Assembly (NCBI GenBank): GCA_963837575.1
Contig: CAWIOI010000001.1
Coordinates: 140,779-204,778 of the forward strand
DNA length: 64,000 nucleotides
Direction: 5' to 3'
Origin: an uncultured Actinomycetota bacterium
Lineage (GTDB): Bacteria; Actinomycetota; Actinomycetes; Mycobacteriales; Pseudonocardiaceae
Under the pieces are notes generated by a model. That model was not told where the DNA came from and made no database searches. It worked only from the letters and a program-made list of their open reading frames with translations. Below, in pieces: positions 39,573-49,118 of the stretch. How positions within the stretch are numbered: position 1 is the stretch's first letter; every line of letters begins with the position of its first letter. A program made the translations under genes and the position numbers.

Positions 39573-40793
39573 TCAGCGGACGCCGACGTCCCTGCCAGCT
39601 CCCGAGCCGCGGCGCCGTCCGCGCCCTCCTGCAACAGGGCGCGGTAGCGCGCGACGAAGCGCGCCGCGCCGAAGCCCGCCACCGCCACCAGCCGGCCGTC
39701 GGCGAGCATGCCGACCACCGTGCCCTTGATCGGCGCCGCCCGCGAGCCCGTCGCCGTGCAGCGGCAGCAGGGTGTCGGCGTGCTCGGGCCTGCCGAAAAG
39801 CTGGATCTTCAGCCCGAACTGGTCGGACCAGAAGTACGGCACCGGCGGCGGCGGGGGCGGCTCGCCGAGGATGTCGCGCGCGACCGTGGCGGCCTGGTCG
39901 CCCGCGCTGGTCCAGTGCTCGTGGCGGTGCCGGTCGCCGTGGGTGGGGTCCGTCCACGCCGCGACGTCGCCCACCGCCCACACACCGGACAGCCCTCGAC
40001 CCGCCCGGTCGGTCCGCAGGCAAGCCCACCGGCGAGGTCGTCGCAGGTCGGACCCGCCGCTCATCCACCCGAGCCGGGGCACGCCGCCGATCCCGACCAC
40101 CGCGACGTCGGCCTCCACCTGCGTCCCGTCGGCCAGCGCCACCCCGATGCGCCCGCGCCGCGTCGACGAACCCGTCGATCCGGACGCCCGTGCGCAGGTC
40201 GACCCCGGCCTCGGTCATCAGCCGCCCGGTGAGCGCGCCCAGCTCCTCGCCGAGCGCGCGGGCCGAGGGCACCCGCAGCGCCTCGAGCACGGTGACGTCC
40301 AGGCCGCGCGTGCGCGCCGAGCTCGCCACCTCGGCGCCGATGAAGCCGCCCCCGACGACCAGCAGCGAGCTCGCCCGCTCCAGCGCCGAGCGCAGGCCAG
40401 CGCGTCGTCGAGCGTGCGCAGGGTGTGCACGCCCGCGGGCTGGCCGGGCAGGGTGCGCGCGGCCAGCCCGGTGGCGACGACGATCGCGTCCGCGTGCAGC
40501 GACGCCCCGTCCGCGAGCTCGACCTCGCCCGGCCGCAGCGCCACCGCCCGCAGGCCGAGGTGGGTGCGCACGCCCAGCTCGTCGAGGCCCTCCACGGAGC
40601 GCAGCGTGGCGCGTTCGGGCGCCCATGCGCCCGTCAGCACCTGCTTGGACAGCGGCGGCCGGTCGTACGGGGCGTGGAGCTCGTCGCCGACGAGGCTGAT
40701 CCGGCCCTGGAAGCCCGCGGTGCGCAGCTGCTCCACCGTGCGGAGCCCGCCGAGCCCCGCCCCGACGACGAGAACGTGCTCCGGCTGGCTCAT
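39573..40793 (-). CDS. FAD/NAD-dependent ferredoxin reductase-like oxidoreductase; at least 3 frameshifts
   Basis: VGAGLGG, PYDRPPLSK, VVGGGFIGAEVA, WAVGDVA, EHWTSA, PYFWSDQF. Confidence 0.88.
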
Positions 40794-40815
40794 GGCGAAA
40801 ATCCTCGTCGACCGC

Positions 40816-41595
40816 TCAGCCCACGCGGGTGTCGGGGTCCATCCGGCTCCGGAGCCGATCGAGGGTCTGGGCCAGCAGCCGCGACACGTGCATCTGGGAG
40901 ATCCCGACCTTCTCCGCGATCTGGGTCTGGGTCATGTTCCCGAAGAAGCGCAGCAGCACGATCGTGCGCTCCCGCTCGTCCAGCTCGGCGAGGATCGGGC
41001 GCAGCGCCTGTCGGCTGTCCACCCGGTCCAGCTCGGCGTCGGCCGCGCCCACCAGCTCGCCCACCGTGGCGCTGCCCTGCTCCGAGGAGAGCATCTCGTC
41101 CAGCGACGAGCTGCGGTACGCCTCCGAGGCTTCCAGGCCCTCGAGCACCTCCGAGATCGGCACACCCAGGTGCTCGGCGATCTCGGTCGGCTTCGGGGCG
41201 CGGCCGAGGCCCTGCGACAGGCTCGACACCGCGCCGTTGATCGCCACGTGCAGGTCCTTCAGGCGCCGCGGCACCCGCATCGACCAGCCGAGGTCGCGGA
41301 AGTGGCGGCGGATCTCGCCGCTGATGGTGGGCACGGCGAAGGAGAAGAAGTCGGCGCCGCGCTCGGGGGAGAAGCGGTCGACGGCGTTGATCAGCCCGAC
41401 GGTCGCCACCTGCACGAGATCGTCCAACGGTTCGCCGCGGCCCGCGAAGCGGCGCGCGATGTGCTGGGCCACCGGCAGGTATCCCGTGACCAGCTCGTCG
41501 CGCATCGCCTCCCGTCGAGGGTCGTCGGGGGCGAGCGAGGCGTACTCGGTCAGCAGCGGGACGAGGTGGCCGTACTCGGGGTCGGCCGCGGTCAC
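40816..41595 (-). CDS. sigF: SigB/SigF/SigG family RNA polymerase sigma factor
   Basis: IARRFAGRGEPLDDLVQVATVGLINAVDRF, VPTISGEIRRHFRD, GISQMHVSRLL. Confidence 0.93.
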   Translation of the reverse strand: MTAADPEYGHLVPLLTEYASLAPDDPRREAMRDELVTGYLPVAQHIARRFAGRGEPLDDLVQVATVGLINAVDRFSPERGADFFSFAVPTISGEIRRHFRDLGWSMRVPRRLKDLHVAINGAVSSLSQGLGRAPKPTEIAEHLGVPISEVLEGLEASEAYRSSSLDEMLSSEQGSATVGELVGAADAELDRVDSRQALRPILAELDERERTIVLLRFFGNMTQTQIAEKVGISQMHVSRLLAQTLDRLRSRMDPDTRVG

Positions 41596-42041
41596 CGGGG
41601 CGGTGCGCCTGCGTGCTTGTCCAACCGGATGCCGACCGTCGGCCCCGCCGGATCAGCGCCGTCGGCGCTGTCGTGACGGACGGCCTCGACGTGGTCGGCG
41701 AGGGTCTGCAGCACCCGCCAGCCGAACGTGTCCGTGGATACCGCCGCGTCCGCCGTGCCCGCGCGCACCTGCGCGTGCACCTCGATGTGCTCGGGGTGCA
41801 CCCGGAAGGTGCACTGCAGCATGGTCGCGGGCGCGGCGACGTCGACGAGCGTTGCGCACGCCTCGTCGACGGCCATCCGCAGGTCGGAGATCGCGTCGAG
41901 GTCGAAGTCGGCGCGGGCGGCGAGATCCGAGGCGACGGCCCGGATCGTCGGGATCAGCGCGGCGGTCGCCGACGTCCGGACCTCCACGACGGAGGGCTCG
42001 CCTGGCGTGTCGGCGGGCAGATGGGAGTCCCAATCGGACAC
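41592..42041 (-). CDS. Anti-sigma factor (RsbW/UsfX-like)
   Basis: DFDLDAISDLRMAVDEAC, FGWRVLQTLAD; GTGA overlap with the sigma gene. Confidence 0.9.
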   Translation of the reverse strand: MSDWDSHLPADTPGEPSVVEVRTSATAALIPTIRAVASDLAARADFDLDAISDLRMAVDEACATLVDVAAPATMLQCTFRVHPEHIEVHAQVRAGTADAAVSTDTFGWRVLQTLADHVEAVRHDSADGADPAGPTVGIRLDKHAGAPPR

Positions 42042-42107
42042 GCTGCCGGTCTCCTCTCGCTGCCTGTGACCTCGCACGGTCATCTTCCTACGCCCCGCAT
42101 CGGGGGA

Positions 42108-42485
42108 TCAATTCGGAGGGGAGAGCGCGGCGGCTCGGTCCGGGTACAGGTCGAAGAGCTGGTCCGAACCGGTGATCTCCATCGGCCTGCGCACCGCGCG
42201 GGTCGCCGACACCAGCCGCAGCCGCCGTTCGCCCGCCTGGTGGGCGGCCCGGATGAGCACGGCGAGCCCGCTGGAGGCGAGGAAGGTCACGGCGACCATG
42301 TCGATCACCAGCACCTCGGCCGGGTCGGCCAGGAGCTGGTCGAGGGCGCGCTCCAGCGCCCCCGCGGTCAGCGTGTCGATCTCGCCCTCGACGACGAGCA
42401 GTGCGTGGCGTGCGTCGGGTCGCGCGAAGGTCACGCCGAGCTCACCGGCACCAGGGGCGGGTCGAGGCATGGCGGGGTCGAGCAA
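42108..42485 (-). CDS. STAS anti-anti-sigma factor
   Basis: GEIDTLTA, VTFLASSGLAVL (phospho-acceptor motif). Confidence 0.9.
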   Translation of the reverse strand: MLDPAMPRPAPGAGELGVTFARPDARHALLVVEGEIDTLTAGALERALDQLLADPAEVLVIDMVAVTFLASSGLAVLIRAAHQAGERRLRLVSATRAVRRPMEITGSDQLFDLYPDRAAALSPPN

Positions 42486-42687
42486 CGACGCTCACCTCCG
42501 ACTGTCAGCTGAGGGGACGGGCGCCGGCGCGGTCGTCGCCGCTCCCGGAGCGGGCGGCTGTTTTCTCAACCGGGGCGACCCTATCCACACGCCCGGGGTG
42601 GGCGCGCGCCCGGGCGGTGGTACGGCCCCTCGGCGCCTCCTCCGGCGTGACCTGCCGGGTGCGGAGCCGGGCATTAGGCTGAGGCGG

Positions 42688-44874
42688 ATGCTCGGGGCAA
42701 AGACTGATGGGTCCGGTGCGCACGGCGGCGCGGACGTTGACGCGCAACGGCTTCCGGCCGTTCTGCACACGGCGCCCGCCGCCGTTCTCATGATCGACCC
42801 GCGAAACCGTCAGGTCGTCTACGCCAACCCCGCCGCGATCGAGCTCACCGGCGCGCGCGTGCACCTGCCCGTCGACATCGACGCATGGAGCGACGCGGCG
42901 GGCCTCACCGACCTTGGCGGACGGCGGATGAGCGAGACCGATTCGCCGCTGTCGCAGGTCGTCGCGGGCGTGCCGGTGGCGGGCGAGCCGGTGGCGGTGC
43001 ACGACGCGGCGCGCCGCGGCTCGTCCGCCACACCCGACCAGCGGGAGGCCAGCGAGGGCAGCCTGCTCTGGGTCACCGGGTTCGGGCTGTCCACGGCGGT
43101 GGGCCTCGACGAGCGCGCCCTGGTGGTGTTCCTGCAGCTCACGGGCACCGAGAAGGGGGAGAGGCGGCGCCTTGAGGTGCTGCGTGACCGTGCGGTCGTC
43201 GCCACCGACATGTCCTTCACGATCACCGACCCGCGGCGCGCGGACGACCCCCTGATCTGGGTCAACCCGGCCTTCAGCAGGCTCACCGGCTACTCCCCGG
43301 CCGACGTCGTGGGCCGCAACTGCAGGCTCCTGCAGGGCAGCGCCACCGACCGCGCCACCATCGCGCGCATCACGACGGCGCTGCGCGAGCGGGTGCCGAT
43401 CACCGAGGTGCTGCTCAACTACCGCCGCGACGGCACGGCGTTCTGGAACCAGGTGTCGATCTCGCCGGTGTTCGACGGGGCGGGCGAGCTGGTCAACTTC
43501 GTCGGGGTGCAGAACGACGTCACCGAGCGGGTGCTCGTCGAGCAGGAGCGGCGCGCGGCGCTGGCCGAGGCCGAAGAGGCGCGCGGGCACCTGCGGTTGC
43601 TCGCCGAGGCGACCACCGAGATGACGGCGGCGCCCGACGTCGGCGACGCGTGCACCCGGCTGGCCCGCCTCGTCGTGCCGCAGCTCGCGGACCTGTGCGC
43701 CGTGGACCTGCTCGACCGGCCCGGCGAGGGCGTCGCGCGCCGGATCGCCGTGGCCGCGCGGGACCCGGCCGACGAGGCGCAGCTGCACCGCCTGTCGGAG
43801 GCGCGCCGCTACCGCGTCGGCTCCGCAGGCGAGACGGGTGCGGTACTGGCGAGCGGTGAGCCGCGGCTGTTGGCCGAGCTGCCCGACGCGGGCGCCGACT
43901 GCTACCCCGACGACGCCGCGGCCGCCGCGGCCTTCGAGCGCCTGCGGCTGCGCTCGGCGATCGTCGTGCCGGTGCGGGCCCGGGGCCGCGTGCTCGGCTC
44001 GCTCACGCTCTACACGCAGCACCCTTACGGCCGCCGCTACTCCGCGCGTGACGTGCACCTGGCCGCCGATCTCGCGGGGCGGGCGGGCCTCGCCGTCGAC
44101 AACGCCCGGCTCTACGAGACCGAGCACGCCGCGGTGATCACGCTGCAGCACAGCCTGTTGCCCGCCCTTCCCAAGATCGACGGGTTGCAGCTCGCGGCGC
44201 GCTACCTCGTCGGCGTCGACGGCAACCAGGTGGGCGGCGACTGGTACGACGTCCTGCCGCTGCCCGACGGCGCGGTCGGCGTCGCCGTGGGCGACGTCGT
44301 CGGGCACGACCTGCGGGCGGCCGCCGCGATGGGTCAGCTGCGCGGTGTGCTGCGCTCCTACGCGTGGGACGGCGGCGGTCCCGGCTCGGTGCTGGACCGC
44401 TGCGACCAGCTCGTCCAAGGCCTCGAGATGGCGGCCATGGCCACCGCCGTGTACGCCCGCCTCGAGCCGCCTGCCGCGGACGGCTCCCGGCTGGTCCGCT
44501 ACGCCAACGCGGGTCATCCCGCCCCGCTCGTGCTCGCCCCGGACGGGCGACTCCTGCGCCTCGACGAGCGGCGCTCGCCGATGATCGGGGCGGTGCGTGA
44601 CCTGGGCCGTCGCGCAGGTGCGGGCCACACCGAGGCGCAGGTGCGCTGCGCGCCCGGCAGCCTCCTGTTGCTCTACACCGACGGGTTCACCGACGTGGCG
44701 GGCGAGGACGCCGACGAGCGCACCGAGCTGCTGGAGCGCACGGTGGCCGCGCTGCCGCCCGGCGTGTCGGCCGAGGAGGTGGTCGAGCGCGTGGTGGCGG
44801 TCTGCCTCCCCGGCGAGCTCCGCGACGACGTCGCATTGCTGGTGGTCGGCCTGGACGGCCCGGACGGCCGCTGA
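42688..44874 (+). CDS. PAS-LOV-GAF-SpoIIE(PP2C) sensor phosphatase, putative blue-light receptor
   Basis: LOV: ITDPRRADDPLIWVNPAF..GRNCRLLQG..LLNYRRDGTAFWN..VGVQNDVT; GAF; PP2C: GGDWYD, GDVVGH, NAGHP, YTDG, DDVALL. Confidence 0.92.
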   Translation: MLGAKTDGSGAHGGADVDAQRLPAVLHTAPAAVLMIDPRNRQVVYANPAAIELTGARVHLPVDIDAWSDAAGLTDLGGRRMSETDSPLSQVVAGVPVAGEPVAVHDAARRGSSATPDQREASEGSLLWVTGFGLSTAVGLDERALVVFLQLTGTEKGERRRLEVLRDRAVVATDMSFTITDPRRADDPLIWVNPAFSRLTGYSPADVVGRNCRLLQGSATDRATIARITTALRERVPITEVLLNYRRDGTAFWNQVSISPVFDGAGELVNFVGVQNDVTERVLVEQERRAALAEAEEARGHLRLLAEATTEMTAAPDVGDACTRLARLVVPQLADLCAVDLLDRPGEGVARRIAVAARDPADEAQLHRLSEARRYRVGSAGETGAVLASGEPRLLAELPDAGADCYPDDAAAAAAFERLRLRSAIVVPVRARGRVLGSLTLYTQHPYGRRYSARDVHLAADLAGRAGLAVDNARLYETEHAAVITLQHSLLPALPKIDGLQLAARYLVGVDGNQVGGDWYDVLPLPDGAVGVAVGDVVGHDLRAAAAMGQLRGVLRSYAWDGGGPGSVLDRCDQLVQGLEMAAMATAVYARLEPPAADGSRLVRYANAGHPAPLVLAPDGRLLRLDERRSPMIGAVRDLGRRAGAGHTEAQVRCAPGSLLLLYTDGFTDVAGEDADERTELLERTVAALPPGVSAEEVVERVVAVCLPGELRDDVALLVVGLDGPDGR

Positions 44875-45007
44875 CGTCCGCCGCTCACGGATTGCTGAGC
44901 ACCGTTCGCCGTAGCGCAACCTCCGTGACGCGACTCTGTGGCGCACAACCGGTTCACTTGTGAACGTGCACCAACGGCGGTGTGCGGCGTCGGAGGGGTG
45001 GACGGCG

Positions 45008-45617
45008 ATGAGCGCGGTTCCGGAGGTGGGCCTCGCGACCCCTGCTTCCGTGGGGGGTTTAGCGATGGTGTCTGCGCCGGTGCGCGACGCCGACCGGCGG
45101 GTCGTGGCGATTGCGAGCGACGCCGTCGAACTGCTCCGGCCGGGGTCGGATCTGGCTCGGCTGTTGGAGAGCTTCGGGCGGGCGGACGTGCTGCTCGCCG
45201 CCGAAGATGTGCCCGGCGCCGATTCCGAGGACGACGCGGACGACTGGGCCGACGACGATCACGCCGCCGACGAGATGCGGGCCGCCGCGACGGCGCTGGG
45301 CCACCCCGATCTCGACGTGCACCGCCTCGCGCTCAGCCCCCCGCTGGGCGCCGCCGCCGAGGACGACCTGGTCGCCGCGCTCAGCGAACTGATCGGCTTC
45401 GACCCGGAGCCGGGCGTGTACTGCCTCGCGCCCGCGACACCCGGGGACGGCGTGCTCGTGCCGCGCCGCCCAGCGCATCGCGCGGGTCTACGGCTTGCCG
45501 CTGCTGCGCTACCGCTGCCTGGAGCTCTCCTTGGTGGAAACGGGAGGCGAGAGCACGGAGCCCGACGACACCGGGCCGCTCAGCTCGCCATCGCCACGCC
45601 GCGCTGCTCGAGGATGA
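45008..45617 (+). CDS. Hypothetical acidic protein; probable frameshift near 45460
   Basis: Coding-like frame to ..PGDGVLV, then AAQRIARVYGLPLLRYRCLELS.. in another frame ending at TGA 45617. Confidence 0.55.
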
Positions 45618-45873
45618 CGCGGCGCTCGGCCTCGGCCAGCCCGCCCCACACGCCGAACGGCTCGCGGGTCTGCAGCGCGAACTCGCGGCACTGCTCCATC
45701 ACCGGGCAGCGGCGGCAGACCTCCTTGGCCTGCGCGGTGCGCCGGGCGCGCGAGGGGTTGCGCTCACCATCGGGGTGGAAGAAGACCGCGCTGTCCATCC
45801 CACGGCACGAGCCGAGGCGCTGCCACTGCCACGCGTGATCCATGGGTCCGGGAAGCCGGGACACGTCGCTCAT
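45580..45873 (-). CDS. WhiB family Fe-S transcription factor (WhiB3/WhiD-like)
   Basis: WQRLGSCRGMDSAVFFHPDGER, AKEVCRRCPVMEQC, EPFGVWGG; four Cys. Confidence 0.93.
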   Translation of the reverse strand: MSDVSRLPGPMDHAWQWQRLGSCRGMDSAVFFHPDGERNPSRARRTAQAKEVCRRCPVMEQCREFALQTREPFGVWGGLAEAERRVILEQRGVAMAS

Positions 45874-45915
45874 GGTCGCCCTCTCGCCGCACGGTTCAGC
45901 CCACTGCGAGGCCGA

Positions 45916-45941
45916 ATGCCCGTATGGTTGAACGACCAAAC
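45916..45941 (-). promoter_or_regulatory. SigF/SigB-type promoter upstream of the whiB gene
   Basis: Minus strand reads GTTT-N16-GGGCAT, close to the GTTT-N15-17-GGGTAT consensus. Confidence 0.7.
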
Positions 45942-45966
45942 ACGCTGTGATGTAGGTCACTGTGGA

Positions 45967-46353
45967 CTACGTCGCAGCGAGGGCGGCCTCCTGCGTGTCG
46001 TGAATGTCGAAAAGGGACACGAGACCCGCGATCGTGAGCGGCCGCAGCACCCGGCGCGCCGTGCAGGCCAGGCGCAGCTCGACGCCCGCCATGTGGGCCG
46101 CCTCGCGGACCTCGATGAGCACGGCGAGGCCGCTCGTGCCGAGGAACGTGACGGCATCGAGATCGAGCACCACGAGCTCGATGTCCGCCGTCTCCGCGAG
46201 GTGCTCCAGGACGAGCGCGCGCAGGTGGGGGGAGGTCAGCATATCGACCTCGCCGCCGACCTCGATCACCACCCGCGGGCCGTCCCGGTGGACGGCGAGG
46301 GTGATCTGGTCATCGCCCGCAGGCGGGGCGGGCTGGCGGCTTGTCTCGGACAT
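45967..46353 (-). CDS. STAS anti-anti-sigma factor
   Basis: GEVDMLTSP, VTFLGTSGLAVL. Confidence 0.92.
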   Translation of the reverse strand: MSETSRQPAPPAGDDQITLAVHRDGPRVVIEVGGEVDMLTSPHLRALVLEHLAETADIELVVLDLDAVTFLGTSGLAVLIEVREAAHMAGVELRLACTARRVLRPLTIAGLVSLFDIHDTQEAALAAT

Positions 46354-46417
46354 CGCGGCTCACGGTAGGGGGCCGCGGCTCGGAGTGCCACCGGAAGCTC
46401 ACCACGCGGGGAGGCGG

Positions 46418-47794
46418 TCAGACGTAGATCCGTCGCGGGGCCGCGCCCGCCATCGGAACGACGCGCTGCTCGAGCCGGGCGGCCGCGGAGAGCAGCGACG
46501 ACTCGGCGCCCGGGCGGCCGACGAGCTGCACGCCGACCGGGCGGCCACCGATGCGCACCGGGGCGACCACGGCGGGCAGCCCGGCGAGGTTCCACGCCTG
46601 CGTGAAGGGCATCCGCCACGCCGAGCGCGCGAGCGTCGCCGCGTAGCCACGGCCCGCGAGCGCGCCCGCGGCGACCGGGGGCCGCGCCGTGGCGGGCCCG
46701 ACCAGCACGTCGTAGCCGCCCTCGTCGAACCACTCGAGCACCCGGTCCCGCCACGCGGCCAGGGCGGCCGCCCGCGGCGGGGTGAACCGCAGCACCCGAC
46801 GCCCGCGCCGGGCCACCGCGGCCGTGCGGCGCTCGACGGCGGCGAGGTCGAGCTCGAGCGCCGCCGCGTCCCGGGCCACCCCGGCGTGCCAGCGCCGCGT
46901 CCACATCGGACCCAGGGTGCGCGGGTACGGCGGGTCGGCGAGGGTCACGGCGGCCCCGCCCGGCGCGGCGCGCAGGCGGGCGGCGGCGCCCACCGCGGCG
47001 GCGCGGTGATCGGGATGCAGCCGCGTGAACGGCAGCGGCGCCGACAGCGACAGCGCGACGTGCATCGGGCCCGGCGCGTCGACGGCGAACGGCTGCCCGG
47101 CGAGCACGCCCAGCATGAGCGCGGCGTCCTCGGCGGTGCGCGCGAGCGGCCCCGCCGCCGACAGCCCCCACCAGTGCTCGTCCGCCCCGCCCGGCAACGG
47201 GACGACGCCCCGGCCCGGCTTGACGCCGACCAGCCCGCAGTACGCCGCCGGGATGCGGATCGAGCCGCCGCCGTCGGTGCCCAGCGCGAGCGCGGCCATG
47301 CCTGCCGCCACGGCCGCAGCGCTGCCCCCGCTGGAGCCGCCGGGATCCAGCGTGGGATCGAGCGGGTTGCGCGTGGTGCCCAGCGCGGAGTGGGTGCAGC
47401 CCCAGATCGCGAGCTCGGGCATCCGGGTCTTGCCGAGCACGACCGCCCCGGCCGCGCGGAGGCGTTTGACCAGCTCGTCGTCGCGGCGGGCGGGCGCGGT
47501 GGACGTGGCGGCGCTGCCGTGGCGCGTCGGATAGCCCGCGACGTCGACACAGTCTTTGATCGCCACCGGGACGCCCGCGAGCGGGAGCGCGAACCGGTCG
47601 GCGCGCCGGTCGACCGCGCCCGCCTCGGCGAGCACCCGCTCCGGGTGGTGCTCCTGGAAGGCGCCGAGGTGCCCGTCGTGCTCGGCGATCCGCGCGAGGT
47701 GCGCGCCCGCGACGGCGACGGCGCTGGTGCGCCCGTCGTGCACGCGCGCCACGATCTGGGCCGCGGACAGCGCGGTCAGGTCGGTGGCGTCCAT
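46418..47794 (-). CDS. Amidase signature family enzyme
   Basis: GVPVAIKD, GGSSGGSAAAVA, GTDGGGSIRIP. Confidence 0.92.
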   Translation of the reverse strand: MDATDLTALSAAQIVARVHDGRTSAVAVAGAHLARIAEHDGHLGAFQEHHPERVLAEAGAVDRRADRFALPLAGVPVAIKDCVDVAGYPTRHGSAATSTAPARRDDELVKRLRAAGAVVLGKTRMPELAIWGCTHSALGTTRNPLDPTLDPGGSSGGSAAAVAAGMAALALGTDGGGSIRIPAAYCGLVGVKPGRGVVPLPGGADEHWWGLSAAGPLARTAEDAALMLGVLAGQPFAVDAPGPMHVALSLSAPLPFTRLHPDHRAAAVGAAARLRAAPGGAAVTLADPPYPRTLGPMWTRRWHAGVARDAAALELDLAAVERRTAAVARRGRRVLRFTPPRAAALAAWRDRVLEWFDEGGYDVLVGPATARPPVAAGALAGRGYAATLARSAWRMPFTQAWNLAGLPAVVAPVRIGGRPVGVQLVGRPGAESSLLSAAARLEQRVVPMAGAAPRRIYV

Positions 47795-47799
47795 TGCCC

Positions 47800-48273
47800 C
47801 TAGCCTGGCATCGACCGGAACGACGCGGGCGCAGACATGCCGTGACGTGCCCGTTGGGGCCCGCACGGGTCTGCTAGCGCGCGCCCGAGTGCCTCGGGCA
47901 CGTCCTCGGCCACCGTGAACAGCGAGAGCAGCCCGGTGGCCTCCAGCGCGCGCTTCACGATGCGGGAACCGGGCACCACCAGCAGCTGCCCGCCGTGCCG
48001 GTCGGCGGCGTCCTTGGCCTCGACCAGCGCGGCCAGGCCCGCCGAGCCGAGGAACGAGACCTCGGACAGGTCGACCACCAGCTTCGGCACCGCCGACTGC
48101 TGCTCGGCGAGCCGCATGGCCAGGAGGGGTGCGGTCAACGTGTCCAGCTCGCCGACGACGTGGAGCACCCGGACCGCGGGGCCGTGGTCGACGACGTCGA
48201 ACCGGATGGCTTCCCCCACATCCGATCCGTCACCGGCGCCGACGCTCGCGTCGGGGGGTGGTTCGGTGTTCAT
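47800..48273 (-). CDS. STAS anti-anti-sigma factor (3' end uncertain)
   Basis: GELDTLTAP, VSFLGSAGLAAL, RALEATGL. Confidence 0.9.
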   Translation of the reverse strand: MNTEPPPDASVGAGDGSDVGEAIRFDVVDHGPAVRVLHVVGELDTLTAPLLAMRLAEQQSAVPKLVVDLSEVSFLGSAGLAALVEAKDAADRHGGQLLVVPGSRIVKRALEATGLLSLFTVAEDVPEALGRALADPCGPQRARHGMSAPASFRSMPG

Positions 48274-48434
48274 GCCTGCCCGCTCCTCGAGGGGGGTCGT
48301 GGAATCGTGGCCCGGCCCTGGCGCAGGGCCGCTGGGCGAACCCTACGGAAGCCCCGGACGCCTGCACAACACGGGGCTTACCAGCCGTTAACGCCTACTC
48401 TTCGTGAGGCGATTGCATCGGCAGGGGGTGCGGC

Positions 48435-49118
48435 GTGGACCCGGTTCTCGTGGCCCGCGGTCTGCGGCGGACGTTCGACGCGCAGACCGCTCCGGTGCGC
48501 GCCCTGCGCGGGGTCGACCTCGTCGTCGCCCCCGGTGAGCTCGTCGCCCTCATGGGCCCGTCCGGCTGCGGGAAGTCCACGCTGCTGCACGTGCTGGCCG
48601 GGCTCGAACCGGCCGACGAGGGCAGCATCGAGATCGCGGGCGCGCGCCTGGACGGGCTCGGCGCCGCGGCGCTGGCCCGGCTGCGACGCCGTCACGTCGG
48701 GCTGGTGTTCCAGTTCTTCCACCTGATCGAACACCTCACCGCGCTGGAGAACGTGTCGCTGGCCGCGCTCGTCGGCGGCGCCCGGCAGCACGACGCGCTG
48801 GCGCGGGCCCGCGAGCTGCTCGACCGGCTCGGCATGCTGGAGCGGGCGGGCGAGCTGCCTGCCCGGCTGTCGGGCGGGCAGCGCCAGCGCGTCGCGATCG
48901 CCCGTGCGTTGGCCAACCGGCCCACGTTGCTCCTGGCCGACGAGCCGACGGGCGCGCTGGACTCCGCGGGCGCCGCCGAGGTGCTCGACCTCTTCCGGCA
49001 GCTGAACGTGCGCGGCCAGACGATCGTCATGGTCACCCACAGCCCCGAGGTGGCGGCGGGCGCGAGCCGGGTCGTGCGGATGCGCGACGGGCAGGTCGAG
49101 GCCCGGGTCCCGGCGTGA
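48435..49118 (+). CDS. ABC transporter ATP-binding protein (LolD/MacB-like)
   Basis: GPSGCGKS, LSGGQRQRVAIARAL, ADEPTGALD. Confidence 0.95.
   Translation: MDPVLVARGLRRTFDAQTAPVRALRGVDLVVAPGELVALMGPSGCGKSTLLHVLAGLEPADEGSIEIAGARLDGLGAAALARLRRRHVGLVFQFFHLIEHLTALENVSLAALVGGARQHDALARARELLDRLGMLERAGELPARLSGGQRQRVAIARALANRPTLLLADEPTGALDSAGAAEVLDLFRQLNVRGQTIVMVTHSPEVAAGASRVVRMRDGQVEARVPA

Noticed and set aside
36218-40793. Cluster of pseudogenes (comEC, bcp, DUF3618, reductase)
   Set aside because: Only indels with intact catalytic motifs, also in housekeeping genes; assembly error is more parsimonious, though unproven
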